Shown: positions 35,856 to 48,126 of the stretch, one piece after another | Position numbering within the stretch: position 1 is the first letter of the stretch | How the letters are laid out: every line of letters starts with the position of its first letter | Source of the DNA: Mobula hypostoma | Lineage: Eukaryota | Length of the DNA stretch: 64,000 nt | Reading direction: 5' to 3' | Assembly: GCF_963921235.1 (NCBI RefSeq) | Contig: NC_086097.1 | Coordinates: 108,936,001-109,000,000 of the forward strand | Notes under the pieces: model-generated | What the model was told of the DNA's origin: nothing | The model's database searches: none | The model's input: the letters and a program-made list of their open reading frames with translations, nothing else | Made by a program: the position numbers and the translations under genes

Positions 35856-36513
35856 GCAACACACACAAGATACTGGTGGAACGCAGCAGGCCAGGCAGCT
35901 TCTACGGGAAGAAGTACAGTTGACGTTTCAGGCCGAGACCCTTCGTCAGGACTAACTGAAAGAATAGATAGTAAGAGATTTGAAAGTGGGAGGGAAGGGG
36001 GAGGGGGAGATCCAAAATGATAGGAGAAGACAGGAGGGGGAAGGATGAAGCTAAGAGCTGAAAAGTTGATTGGCACAAGGGATACAGAGCTGGAGGAGGG
36101 GGAGGATCATGGGATGGGAGGCCTAGGGAGAAAGAAAGGGGGAGGGGAGCCCAGCGGAAGATGGAGGGCAGGCAAGGAGTTATTGTGAGAGGGACAGAGA
36201 GAGAAAAAAGGGGGGGGGGATAATAAATAAATAAATTAGGGACGGGGTAAGAAGGGGAGGAGGGGCATTAATGGAAGTTTGAGAAGTCAATGTTCATGCC
36301 ATCAGGTTGGAGGCTACCCAGACGGAATTTAAGGTGTTGTTTCTCCAACCTGAGTGTGGCTTCATCTTGACAGTAGAGGAGGCCATTGATTGACATATCA
36401 GAAAGAGAATGGGATGTGGAATTAAAACGTGTGGGCACTGGGAGATCCTGCTTTCTCTGGCGGACAGAGCATAGGCGTCGGCGAAACGGTCTCTCAGTCT
36501 GTGTCGGGTCTCC
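35856..36513 (-). mobile_element. Penelope-like element 3' fragment
   Basis: Minus-strand ORF ...ATLRLEKQHLKFRLGSLQPDGMNIDFSNF (GIY-YIG C-terminus), followed by a UTR with a hammerhead core. Confidence 0.92.
35917..35958 (-). ncRNA. Minimal type-I hammerhead ribozyme motif
   Basis: UUAGUC-CUGACGA-AGGgucucggCCU-GAAACGUC-AACUG; core intact, one stem-I mismatch. Confidence 0.75.
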
Positions 36514-36876
36514 TCGACAACATTCTGCTGAACCTTGTCTACTCCTTTTCCAGTGCAATCCCTTCTTTCTTTCAGTGAGGACTCTACAAAATATTACATT
36601 TGCCTGTAAAATATTCTATAAAATTATATCATAACCTCTCTACTTCAGCCAATGAAGGTAAATATACCATATGCCTTTTTCTCCTAATCCATTCTACCTG
36701 CATGAACTCTTGGACTTGTAAGCCAAGGTTCTCCCTGTTCCTCAAAACTACTTTGACCCTTTCAACTGATAGCGTTAATCCTTCTCCACACCTTGTGTAT
36801 ATTGGGACAAAATATAATCTACCATGGGCTCTGTCCATTTTACCGATTTTATAGCTCAGATTACCTTCTTTGGATT

Positions 36877-37145
36877 GGTGGCGTAATGGTTAGCATAATG
36901 CTTTACAGTGCCAGTGACTCAGGTTCATTTCCCACTGCTGCCCATAAGGCGTTGGTATGTTCTCCCCATGACTGCATGGGATTCCTCTGGGTGCTGCAGT
37001 TTGTCCCCACATCCCAAAGATGTAGGGGTTAGTAGGTTAGTGTATGGGTTAGTAGGTTAATGTATGGATTAGTAGGTTAATTGGTCACTTGACTGGTGTG
37101 GGCTCGCTGGGCCGGAAGGGCCTGATATAGTGCTGTATCTCTAAA
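36877..37145 (+). mobile_element. tRNA-derived V-type SINE
   Basis: A-box-like ggcgtaatggttagc and B-box-like ggttcatttccc; core ttctccccatgactgcatggg..cccacatcccaaagatg. Confidence 0.75.
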
Positions 37146-37338
37146 CAACTAAAAATCATTGATTTTCATGCCACTTACTAATCATATTTCCCACATTGAT
37201 TTCCAAATTGTCAATGTATATGGCAAACTGTAAGAGGCCCAGACTTTCAATCATAAACTTATTAAACAATCTTGAAGCAACACACACCAAAGTTGCTGGT
37301 GAACGCAGCAGGCCAAGCAGCATCTCTAGGAAGAGGTA

Positions 37339-37380
37339 CAGTCGACGTTTCAGACCGAGACCCTTCGTCAGGACTAACTG
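37339..37380 (-). ncRNA. Minimal type-I hammerhead ribozyme motif (intact)
   Basis: UAGUC-CUGACGA-AGGgucucggUCU-GAAACGUC-GACUG; stem I AGUC/GACU, GUC triplet, palindromic ACGU in place of stem III. Confidence 0.82.
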
Positions 37381-38706
37381 AAGGAAGAGTGAGTAAGGGA
37401 TTTGAAAGCTGGAGGGGGAGGGGGAGATGCAAAATGATAGGAGAAGACAGGAGGGGGAGGGATAGAGCCGAGAGCTGGACAGGTGATAGGCAAAAGGGGA
37501 TACGAGAGGATCATGGGACAGGAGGTCCGGGAAGAAAGACGGGGGGGGGGTGACCCAGAGGATGGGCAAGAGGTATATTCAGAGGGACAGAGGGAGAAAA
37601 GGGAGAGTGAGAGAAAGAATGTGTGCATAAAAATGAGTAACAGATGGGGTACGAGGGGGAGGTGGGGCCTAGCGGAAGTTATAGAAGTCAATGTTCATGC
37701 CATCAGGTTGGAGGCTACCCAGACGGAATATAAGATGTTGTTCCTCCAACCTGAGTGTGGCTTCATCTTTACAGTAGAGGAGGCCGTGGATAGACATGTC
37801 AGAATGGGAATGGGATGTGGAATTAAAATGTGTGGCCACTGGGAGATCCTGCTTTCTCTGGCGGACAGAGCGTAGATGTTCAGCAAAGCGGTCTCCCAGT
37901 CTGCGTCGGGTCTCACCAATATATAAAAGGCCACATCAGGAGCACCGGACGCAGTATATCACCCCAGTCGACTCACAGGTGAAGTGATGCCTCACCTGGA
38001 AGGACTGTTTGGGGCCCTGAATGGTGGTAAGGGAGGAAGTGTAAGGGCATGTGTAGCACTTGTTCCGCTTACACGGCTAAGTGCTTCCAGGTGAGGCATC
38101 ACTTCACCTGTGAGTCGACTGGGGTGATATACTGCGTCCGGTGCTCCCGATGTGGCCTTTTATATATTGGTGAGACCCGATGCAGACTGGGAGACCGCTT
38201 TGCTGAACATCTACGCTCTGTCCGCCAGAGAAAGCAGGATCTCCCAGTGGCCACACATTTTAATTCCACATCCCATTCCCATTCTGACATGTCTATCCAC
38301 GGCCTCCTCTACTGTAAAGATGAAGCCACACTCAGGTTGGAGGAACAACACCTTATATTCCGTCTGGGTAGCCTCCAACCTGATGGCATGAACATTGACT
38401 TCTCTAACTTCCGCTAGGCCCCACCTCCCCCTCGTACCCCATCTGTTACTCATTTTTATGCACACATTCTTTCTCTCACTCTCCTTTTTCTCCCTCTGTC
38501 CCTCTGAATATACCTCTTGCCCATCCTCTGGGTCACCCCCCCCCCTGTCTTTCTTCCCGGACCTCCTGTCCCATGATCCTCTCGTATCCCCTTTTGCCTA
38601 TCACCTGTCCAGCTCTCGGCTCTATCCCTCCCCCTCCTGTCTTCTCCTATCATTTTGCATCTCCCCCTCCCCCTCCAGCTTTCAAATCCCTTACTCACTC
38701 TTCCTT

Positions 38707-38748
38707 CAGTTAGTCCTGACGAAGGGTCTCGGCCTGAAACATCGACTG
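38707..38748 (+). ncRNA. Minimal type-I hammerhead ribozyme motif (AUC variant)
   Basis: UAGUC-CUGACGA-AGGgucucggCCU-GAAACAUC-GACUG. Confidence 0.72.
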
Positions 38749-39282
38749 CACCTCTTCCTATAGATGCTGCTTGGCCTGCTGCGTTCACCAGCAACTTTGG
38801 TGTGTGTTGCTTGAATTTCCAGCATCTGCAGAATTCCTGTTGTTTGCGTAAACAATCTTGAACCCATCCGCATCTGTTTTAAGCTCTATAGATTATTTGC
38901 TTGACACTTTTGGGTGCAGAAAGTGTGAAAGTTTCAGTGCTTTTAGCATTCATGTGCTGAGCTCTACCATAATAGAGGATGTAAATATTCTTGAGATAGT
39001 CTCCTGTTTAGTTTTCCACTGTTATTCACAATTGGATATGGTAAAATTCCAGAGCTTTAATCTGATCTGTTGCTTCTCTTAGCTCTATCAATTACAATTT
39101 GTGGTTCAGTATATGCAGCTTCAAGCTGGGACCTCATTCTGTATGTCTGGCTTTCTATACTCCTTAATGGCTTTCTATACTCCTTATTGAACTGTGCTGG
39201 ATCCCCAGCTTTATTATAATGATGATGTGAGAAATAGCATGTGAAACTGTGAGGTTATAGATTGTTTTTGGTGCATCTTCTT

Positions 39283-39675
39283 TATCATCATCATCAATAT
39301 CATTATGTGACATGTTGTATGACGTGGGCGATCATAGTCTCATGACCATGATTGTTCTTGGCAAATTGTTCTACAGATATGGCTTGCCATTGCTGCCTTC
39401 TGGGGAGTGCCTTTACAAGAGGGGTAATCCCAGCCAGAGTCAATATTTTTCAGAGATTGCTCGGTGTCAGTGGGTGCATAACTGGGCTTGTGATCTGCAC
39501 CAGATGCTCACCCGTCCATCCACCACTTGCTCCCATGGCTTGGTGTGACCCTGATCTGGGTGGGGGAGGGGGGTGGTGCTTAGCAGGTGCTACACCTTGC
39601 TCGAGGGTGACCTGCAGGCTAGTTGAGGGAAGGAATACCTTACACCTCCTTAGGTAGAGACGTATCTCACCGCCC
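39283..39675 (-). mobile_element. RTE-related SINE or non-autonomous element
   Basis: The minus strand carries cccagaaggcagcaatggcaagcca (BovB/RTE-like motif) and an (ATG)n tail. Confidence 0.55.
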
Positions 39676-41424
39676 TTACAATTGCTAATTGTTTTGAGCA
39701 TAGCTTTCAAGTTTGCTTGTATGTCTTCCCATTTGTTATGATGTTATAGATAGGCAACATGAAATAATTGGACTATGATATGGGTGTGTCACTATATTCT
39801 GGTTAGTGGAGGTGCTCTCAAGCAGCTCTTGGTGTGGGACACTGATGTTCTCCCACCAGGGCACAGTCTCCAACTTTCATCAGATGAGATTGATAGCAGA
39901 ATGTAATCAGAAGGAGTTTCCCTTGTTCATGTTTGACCGGATAGATTGAGACCATGGGCCTAGAGTTAATATTGAGGTCTTCTGATGTATTAACCCTGCC
40001 TGTGTACCATTGCAGCACCCCCTTTGCTGGCTCTGTCCTGTTAGTAGGCCCGAATGACATCAGATGGTGATGGAGTCCTGCAGCTGGTAAGATGGTTCTA
40101 AGAGTACAATGATATAAGTTTGTTGCTGAATCAGCTTCTGAGACAGCTCTCCAATCTTATACACTTAACTGGGTAGGCTGTATCTATAGAGAGGAATAAA
40201 TTGTTGAATAGTCTGTCCCATTCGGAGTTCCTCCAGCATCTTGTGTATGTTGCTCTGTATTTGCAGCATCTGAAGACTCTCATGTTTACACACTTACCTG
40301 TTTCCCCAGAGAAAGTAGCCATATAATACACTTTATATAGTGTCTGGCTTCCTTTAGCTTCATAATAGTTACAATCCGACAGCATAGCTCTTCTTCGTAA
40401 ATAATTGATGTGGAATGAGAGTATAGCAGTAGGTGTCACATTTATTACCCTTCTCTGATCACCGTGGAAATAGAGGCAAGTCATATTAAGTCACATGTTC
40501 TTCTGGTGGAAGACGTGCAAAGCTTTGGGGAGTGACTTCTTGCTTTTACATCTAGTGATGAAGAAAGAACAGCAATGTATTTCCACGTTAGAATTCTATG
40601 TGACTTGAAGATGAGAGCGTTACCAGAAGTACAAGTTTTGGGTTCATGAGGTTGTAATGAGTGCATTTTACAAGTCATGCAATCTGCAGTAATACTATGC
40701 AGATATTCTGCTTGGCATCAAAATTCAAATATGCCGTTCTGCATCTACTAAGTTCTCTCTGCTTCTGCTAGTTAGTGCAAGCAGTCCACGTTGGCTGCTG
40801 CTCATCCCCAAGTACTCAATAGGCTGATAACTGCCATCAACCCTACACTTACTCTTTGTCTCCTTTACTTCATTCAGTCTTTGTCTTCCTGTTTGTTTGG
40901 ATGAGATACTGGACCAAAGACATGCCAGTGTACAGCTGCACGCGTGTTTGGAACAACAATCATTCCAGCCATCTGGTTACCCTTTGTCCAGAAAAGCACT
41001 GTTGATGGAGGCAGTGATAATCTATCTGGAGTATACTTTGAGATCCGTGGACACAAATGTCAGCTGTTTTCATAGTTTTAGCTATATTTTGGAACATAGA
41101 ACATTGAAGGGACAAAACATGATTATCTCTCAAATGTTATCATAGCTACTCCTTGATTGTGACTGATTCTACTCTCATCCCCCTCCCATCCTTGAAAACA
41201 CATGGAGCATAGAACAGTACAGTGCAGGAGCAAATCCTTCAATCCATGTTGTACTGAACTAATTAAGTCTATGATGCCTACATAACTAAACCTTCTTGCC
41301 CGCACATGGTCTCTATCAGTCCATTCTCTGCATATTCATGTGCCTATCTAAGAGCCCTTTAAACATGTCTCTTGTAGTTGCCACTGCTACCAGTCCTGGC
41401 AGCTCATTCCAGGCACCCACCACT

Positions 41425-42530
41425 GTCTTTGGCATTACAGGAAAGATACTGGCATGGATAGAGAATAGGAGGCAGTGAGTGGGAATAAAAGGGGCCTTTT
41501 CTGGTTGGCTGCCAGTGACATATAGTGTTCCTCAGGGGTCAGTATTGGGACCACTACTTCTTACATTGTTTGTCAGTGATCTGGATAATGGAATTGATGG
41601 CTTTGTGGCAAAGTTTGCAGATGGTATAAAATAGGTGGAGGAGTCGGTAGTACTGAGGAAGCAATGTGAAGACTTGTAGCAGGACTTAGACAAATTGGAA
41701 GAATGGGCAAAAAAGTGGCAGATGGAATACAGTGTTGGGAAATGTATGATAATGCATTTTGGTAAAAGGAACAATAGTGCAGACTATTATTTAAATGAGG
41801 AGAAGATTCAAACATCAGAGGTGCAGAGGGACTTAGAAGTCTTTGTGCAAGACTCCCAGGAAGTTAATTTATAGGTTGAGCCTGTGGTAAAGAAGGCAAA
41901 TGCAATGTTGGCACTTATTTCAAGGGGAATAAAATATAAAAACAAGGAGATGATGCTGAGCCTTTCTAAAACACTAGTCTGGCTGCATTTGGTGTATTGT
42001 CAACAGTTTTTGGCCCATATCTCAGAAAGGATGTGTTGTCATTGGAGAGAGTCCAGAGGAGGTTTATGAGGATGAATCTGGGAATGAAGAGGTTAACATA
42101 TGAGGAGTGTTTGGCAGCTTTGGGCCTGTACTCACTGGAATTTAGAAGAATGCATGGGGATCTCATTAAAACCTACCGAATGATGGAAGGACTAGGTAGG
42201 AGGGGATGTTTCCTGTGGTGGGGCTATTCAGAACTAGAGGGCACAGCCTCAAGATTGAGAGGGAACCTTTTGGAACAGAGGTAAGAGGAATATTTTTAAC
42301 CAGACAGTAGTAAATCTGTGGAATGCTCTGCCCCAGTAGAAGTCAAGTCTGTGTGTATATTTAAGGCAGAAGTTAATCATTTCCTGATTGTTCAGGGCAC
42401 CAAAGGAAATGGCGAGAAGGTGGGTGTATGGGATTGAGTGGGATCTGAGATCAGCCATGATGGAATAGCAGAGTAGACTCAATGGGCTGAATGGCCTAAT
42501 TCTGCTTCTGTCTTAGGTCTTATGGTCTAT
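41425..42530 (+). mobile_element. CR1 LINE RT 3' part nested in an older minus-strand CR1 (about 41205-42725)
   Basis: VPQGSVLGP, AKFADG, VKKANAMLALISRG, GLYSLEFRR; (tcttatgg) tail. Confidence 0.9.
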
Positions 42531-42729
42531 GTTTTGAAAAAGAACTTGCCCCTTCAACTTACCATCATCATCTTAAATCCATGCCCTCTAGTATTTGACA
42601 TTTTGACCCTGTGAGAAAAATACCAACCACGTGCTCAATCTCTGCCTCTTATAATCTTATACATTTCTATTAGCACTTCTCTCAGCCTCTTCTGCTCCAG
42701 AGAAAACAACCCAAGTTTATCTATCCTGG

Positions 42730-43830
42730 AATTTGTTGTTATATGGCAGCAGTACATTACAGTACATAATAATTGCTGCTCGCCGCCGCTTATGCGCAGG
42801 AGGGGGGAGCTGGAGGGGGGGATCTTTGGGGTTTTCACGTTTAATTGTCGTTCATTCCAAGGGGTACTTCTCTGTTTTCATAGATGTTTTGTGAAGAAAA
42901 AACATTTCAGGATGTATATTGTATACATTTCTCTGACCTTAAATTGAACCTTTCAACCTTTGAAAAACTATAAATTACGATAAGATAGATATATATAAAA
43001 TTAAATTAAGTAAGTAGTGGAAAAAGAGAGCAAAAAGAGTAAAAAGATATACTGAGGTAGTGTACATGGGCTTATTGTCCATTCAGAAATCAGATGGCGG
43101 AGGGGAAGAAATTGTTCCTAAAACGTTGAGTGTGAGTTCTAAGGCTCCTGTACCGCTTCAGTGATGGCAGCAATGAGAAAAGGGCGTGTCCTGAGTGATG
43201 GGGGTCCTTAATGATGGATGCTGCCTTTTTGAGGCATCACCTTTTGAAGATGTCTTCAATGCTGGGGAGGCTAGTGCCCGTGATGGAGTTGGTTGAGGTT
43301 GCAACTTCCTACATCTTTTTCTGATCTGTGCAATGGTCCTTCCGTACCAGGCAGTGATGCAACCAGTTAGAATGCTCTCTGTGGTACATCTGTAGAAATT
43401 TGTGCATCTTTAGTGACATAACAAATCTCCTCAAACTCCTAATGAAGTATAGCTGCTGTCATGCCTTCTTTGTAACTGCATCAATATGTTGAGCCTAGCA
43501 TAGATCCTAAGAGACGTTAGCACCCAGGAATTTGAAACTGCTCACCCTTTCCATTTCTGATCCCTTGACGAAGACTGGTGTGTGTTCCCTTGACTTCCCC
43601 TTCCTGAAGTCCACAATCACTCTCTTGGTCTTACTGATGTTGAGTGCAAGGTTGTTGTGACACTACTCAACCAACTGATCTATCTTTCTCCTGTACACTT
43701 CCTTATCGTCATCTGAGATTGTGTCATCATCAAATGTACTGATTGCATTTGTGCTGTGCCTAGCCAAATTGTTGCGGGTGTACAGAGTGCAAAATGGTGG
43801 GCTAAGCAAGCATTCTTAGAGTGGTCCAGA
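42730..43830 (-). mobile_element. Rex1/Babar LINE 3' part
   Basis: Reverse complement of the Rex RT motifs seen at 28760-29960. Confidence 0.8.
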
Positions 43831-44807
43831 TTTGACATAAGAGGCGTGCAAGCTAGGCTTGGGCAAGCACAGGTGGAGATTCTAGGTAAGTTTCTAGTAA
43901 GTCTGGAAGACACTTGCTGTATGCCAGAAATTCGAGAGTGTCAGGGGGCAGAAGTGCTCGGGAAGATTAAAGTTCTGAGATAGGTAAGTCACCTAGACCA
44001 GATGATCTATATCCCAAGGTTTGAAAAGAGGTAGCTGAAGAGACTGTGGAGGCATTAGTAATGATCTTTCAAGAATCACTAGATTCTGGAATGGTTCCGG
44101 AGGACTGGAAAATTCCAAATGTCACTCTGCTGTTTAAGAAGGGAAGAAGGCAGAAGAAAGGAAATTATAGGCCTGTTAGCCTGACACCAGTGGTTGGAGT
44201 CCATTATGATTTTTGAGGTACTTAGAGGCACATGATAAAGTTGGCCAAAATAGCATGGTTTCCTTAAAGAGAAATCTTGCCTAACAGTACTTCTTTGAGG
44301 AAATAACAGGCAGGATAGGCAAAGGAAGATCAGTAGATGTTAGTTGTTTGGATTTTCAGCAGGCCTTTGATAAGTTGTCGCACATGATGCTGCTTAACAG
44401 GATAAGTGTCCATAGTATTATAGAAAAGATACTAGCATGGATAGAGGATAGGCTGACTGGCAGGAGGCAAAGAATGGGAATAAAGGTAGCTTTTTCTGTT
44501 CTCTGCCAGTGACTAATGGTGTTCCACAGGGGTTGGTGTTAGGTGTGCTTCTTTACGTGTTGTGTGTTAATCATTTGGATGACTGAACTAATGGCTTTGT
44601 GGCAAGATTGTAGATGATACAAAGCTAGGTGGAGGGGCAGGTAGTGTTGAGGGAGCAGGGTGTCATGGTCTGGTCCGTGAAGTCCGCATTCCGGTTCATG
44701 GTCCGGTCAGTTGATTCCTTATTCCGGGTTTTCCTGTTTTCTCTCGTTCCATTGGGTGTCTTAATTGAGGCACCTGATTCTCGTTTTGGGCTGGCACATA
44801 AATACCC

Positions 44808-44888
44808 AAGGGGTACAGGGTTTTTTTTTTATAGAATATGACGAATAAACAGGAATAAGATACTAGGATGGTCAAAGATGGGAGGGTG

Positions 44889-44923
<35 letters not shown>

Positions 44924-45033
44924 ATTGGGTGAAGGGATTTAGAATGTATGTCCAGTGCACATTCTGGAGCAGAGGGTGGCGGTAATGCACCATTAAGCTG
45001 GATGCCAACCGCCGTAAAACAAGATACAGACAG
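44808..45033 (+). mobile_element. LINE 3' end (I/Nimb-like, tentative) inserted in the LTR
   Basis: Flanked by acataaataccc / acatcaataccc (11 of 12 match). It has a terminal ggcggt...accgcc stem and a (caga)n tail, and is absent from the sister LTR at 63351. Confidence 0.6.
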
Positions 45034-45320
45034 ACATCAATACCCCTCAAACCAAGGATTCCTGGCTGGACTGTTCCCTTTGCCTCCCCATCTGAATTCC
45101 TGGCAGTTAATCTCAACAGTTACTTTGGCACTAATCTTCAGCTGTAATCTTTGTCTGTTACCTTCGCTTGCTACCTTGCCTGTAAACCTCGCCTGTATTG
45201 CCGTCTAGTTCAACTGCTGGAGCGAGACCGGAGCCTTGCCATGCCAAGATAAGGAACTATCTATTGCTGAGTTTGGAACTGTCTCTTTGTGTCCCTGTGT
45301 TTACTGTCTGTGTCAAAGAA

Positions 45321-45545
45321 GAGTCCTGGCCCTAGGTCCTGTTCCCAAGGAGGGGTCCTGGCTCTGTGTTCAGTGCATGAGTCCTGGCCCTATGTCCCAT
45401 CCCCAAGGAGGGGTCCTGGCTCTGTGTTCAGTGCATGAGTCCTGGCCCTATGTCCCATCCCCAAGGAGGGGTCCTGGCTCTGTGTTCAGTGCATGAGTCC
45501 TGGCCCTATGTCCCATCCCCAAGGAGGGGTCCTGGCTTTGTGTTC
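45321..45545. repeat. 58-bp minisatellite, about 4 units
   Basis: Units start at 45321, 45379, 45437 and 45495 (gagtcctggccctatgtcccatccccaaggaggggtcctggctctgtgttcagtgcat). Confidence 0.95.
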
Positions 45546-47057
45546 TGTGTTCCTGTGTTCCAAGTTCTAGGCACCGTGTTCCAGTCCTGTCCAAGTCAAG
45601 GCTTCGTGTTCTCATCCTGTCCATGTGCCTTGTCTAGTCCAGGAGTCCCTTGGCAGTTTACCTCGGCAGTCGTCCTGGCCCTGCGTTCTAGAAAGAGTCC
45701 CAGCCCTGCATCAGACCTGGGTTCTGGTTCCAAGTCCTAACCAAAACCCTGGTTCCAGGTCCTTATCCAGACTCTGGTTCTGGAGTTCCAAGTTCCTAGT
45801 CCAGGCTCCTTGTTCCTAGTTCCATGTCTGGGTCCTGTGCTTCTAGCCCAAGTCCTAGCCCAGGCTCTGAATCCTAGTCTTGTCCAGGGCCTGTGTTAAT
45901 ATCCAGTGTCGTTTCTTCCCTTGCTTTCTTGATAAACCTAGTCCGGTTCCTTCAGTGTCTGTGTCTTGCATTTGGGTCCGCCATCAATGCCCACTTATGA
46001 CACAGGGAGTCCGAAGAAGGACTTAGACAGATTTGGAGAATGGGCAAAAGAGTGGCAGATGCAATATAGTGTAGGGAAATGTATGGTCATCTACTTTGGT
46101 AGAAGGAATAAAGGCATACATTATTTTCTAAAAGAGGGGAAAATGCAAAAATCAGAGGTGCAGAGGGACTTGAGTCTTCATGAGGACTCCCTAAGGTTAA
46201 CTTGCAGGTTGATTCAGAGGTAAGGAAGGCAAATGCAATGTTAGCATTCATTTCAAGAGGACTCGAATATAAAAGCAAGGATATAATATTGAGGCTTTAT
46301 AAGACACTGCTGAGGCCCTACTTGGAGTATTATGAACAGTTTTGGGCCCCTTATCTAAAAACAAGATGAGCTGGCTTTGGAGAGGGTCCAGAGTAGGTTC
46401 ACAAGAATGAAATGTTTATCATATGAGAAACATTTGATAGCTCTGGGCCTTTATTCTTTGGAGTTTTGAAAAATGAGGGGATCTCATTGAAACCTATCAA
46501 AAATTGAAAGGCCTAAATAGAGTGAATGTGGAGAGGATGTTTCCTATAGTTGGGGGAGTCTAAGACCAGAGGGTACAGCCTCAGAATGAGGGATATCCAT
46601 TTAGAACAGATGAGGATGAATTTCTTTAGCCAGAGGGTGATGAATCTGTGGATTTTGTTGCCACAGTTGACTGCGGAGGCCAAGTCTTTGGGGTTTATTT
46701 AAAACGGAGGTTGATAATTCTTGATTAGTAAGGGTGTCAGTGGTTATGGGGAGAGGGCAGGAGAATGGGATTGAGAGGGATAATAAATCAGCCATGCTGG
46801 AATAGCAGAATAGACTCAATGGGCCGAAGAGCCTAGTTCTGCTCCTATGTCTTGTGGCCTAATGCAGACTTTATTTATCAATTGCAGGAGGCTGAAGCTC
46901 TAGTTCATCAGTTTAGTCCCTGGCATGTACTACATTAAAATCACTTATTGGATCAGAGTGACTGTTGCAACAGTGGTCCTTTTATAAATTCAAGTGGTAA
47001 TCCATATGTACATTCATTGATTCACTTGTCATGCATAATACCAGCTGCATCTTGAAT

Positions 47058-47695
47058 TAGCGAGAGGATTCGAGTACAGGAGCAGGGAGGTACTACTGCA
47101 GTTGTACAAGGCCTTGGTGAGACCACACCTGGAGTATTGTGTGCAGTTTTGGTCCCCTAATCTGAGGAAAGGCATCCTTGCCATAGAGGGAGTACAAAGA
47201 AGGTTCACCAGATTGATTCCTGGGATGGCAGGACTTTCATATGAAGAAAGACTGGATGAACTGGGCTTGTACTCGTTGGAATTTAGAAGATTGAGGGGGG
47301 ATCTGATTGAAACATATAAAATCCTAAAGGGATTGGACAGGCTAGATGCAGGAAGATTGTACCCGATGTTGGGGAAGTCCAGAACAAGGGGTCACAGTTT
47401 GAGGATAAAGGGGAAGCCTTTTAGGACCGAGATTAGGAAAAACTTCTTCACACAGAGAGTGGTGAATCTGTGGAATTCTCTGCCACAGGAAACAGTTGAG
47501 GCCAGTTTATTGGCTATATTTAAGGGGGAGTTAGATATGGCCCTTGTGGCTACGGGGATCAGGGGGTATGGAGGGAAGGCTGGGGCGGGGTTCTGAATTG
47601 GATGATCAGCCATGATCATAATAAATGGTGGTGCAGGCTTGAAGGGCCGAATGGCCTACTCCTGCACCTATTTTCTATGTTTCTATGTTTCTATG
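47058..47695 (+). mobile_element. Young CR1 3' end, same subfamily as 10898-12977
   Basis: Open ORF 47102-47596 ([14 protein letters not shown]...FFTQRVVNLWNSLP) and a (TTTCTATG)n tail. Confidence 0.96.
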
Positions 47696-47702
47696 TAAGA
47701 GG

Positions 47703-48126
47703 ACCAAAACCTTATCGTAGGGTTTGGAGACTTGCGTGCCTCAATGATCCAGAGAGCTACTGTACGCTGCCTGGAGTCAGGGCTTACGTTTTGGCTCTTG
47801 GTAGGGTCGTCCATGCCAAACAGGTCCAAGGGTAGAGGCCAGACTCAGAATCGTCCACTGTTCCTCCAGGTTCAGGGGTTCAGTTCAGGGCTAACAACGG
47901 GTTCAGTCCAGTTCAGGGCTGACTGGTAAAACAAAATTGTTAAGGAAACAGCAGTGAAGAATCCTTCTACATCTGAGTGTGATGGTATTCCTGAGTCTCC
48001 AACTGGGTCTTGAATGACAGTAGTAAAAACAGAGGAAGCTGTGGACAGTGAAGTAAGCTTTGAATATCACAAGAGATGAAGGACCTTCATCTTATTGCTG
48101 CCCTAAATGCCAGTGGTGTAAGTAAC
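47703..48126 (+). mobile_element. RTE-derived non-autonomous element
   Basis: RTE-like 5' region (ggagacttgcgtgcctcaatga..ggtagggtc) and a 3' gctgccctaaatgcc..(gtaa)n end. The family call is from memory. Confidence 0.55.

Larger units (their letters stand above)
37277..38848. mobile_element. Penelope-like element inserted as a 1.57-kb fold-back (inverted 3' halves with GIY-YIG endonuclease C-terminus)
   Basis: Arms 37277-38002 and 38084-38810 are near-perfect reverse complements. ORF 38049-38417 has VIYCVRCSRCGLLYIGET..R..EH. 14-bp TSD taaacaatcttgaa (37263-37276 and 38849-38862). Confidence 0.96.
44661..46002 (+). mobile_element. Solo LTR with internal minisatellite and a nested LINE tail
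   Basis: TGTCAT...ATGACA termini; perfect 5-bp TSD CAGGG (44656-44660 and 46003-46007); 5' part homologous to 63351 onward. Confidence 0.92.
43880..46860 (+). mobile_element. CR1 LINE split by a solo LTR
   Basis: NYRPVSLT, LDFQQAFDK and GVPQG motifs lie before 44660, and the RT C-terminus resumes at 46003. Confidence 0.9.

Noticed and set aside
36877..36950. tRNA-like A and B boxes as a tRNA gene
   Set aside because: No complete cloverleaf; the sequence runs directly into a SINE core.
38049..38417. 122-aa Cys/His-rich ORF as a standalone nuclease gene
   Set aside because: It is the truncated GIY-YIG end of a Penelope-like element, and its N-terminus is created by the inversion junction.
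45321..45545. Regular repeats resembling a CRISPR array
   Set aside because: Head-to-tail 58-bp units with no unique spacers, inside an LTR in eukaryotic DNA; no cas genes.
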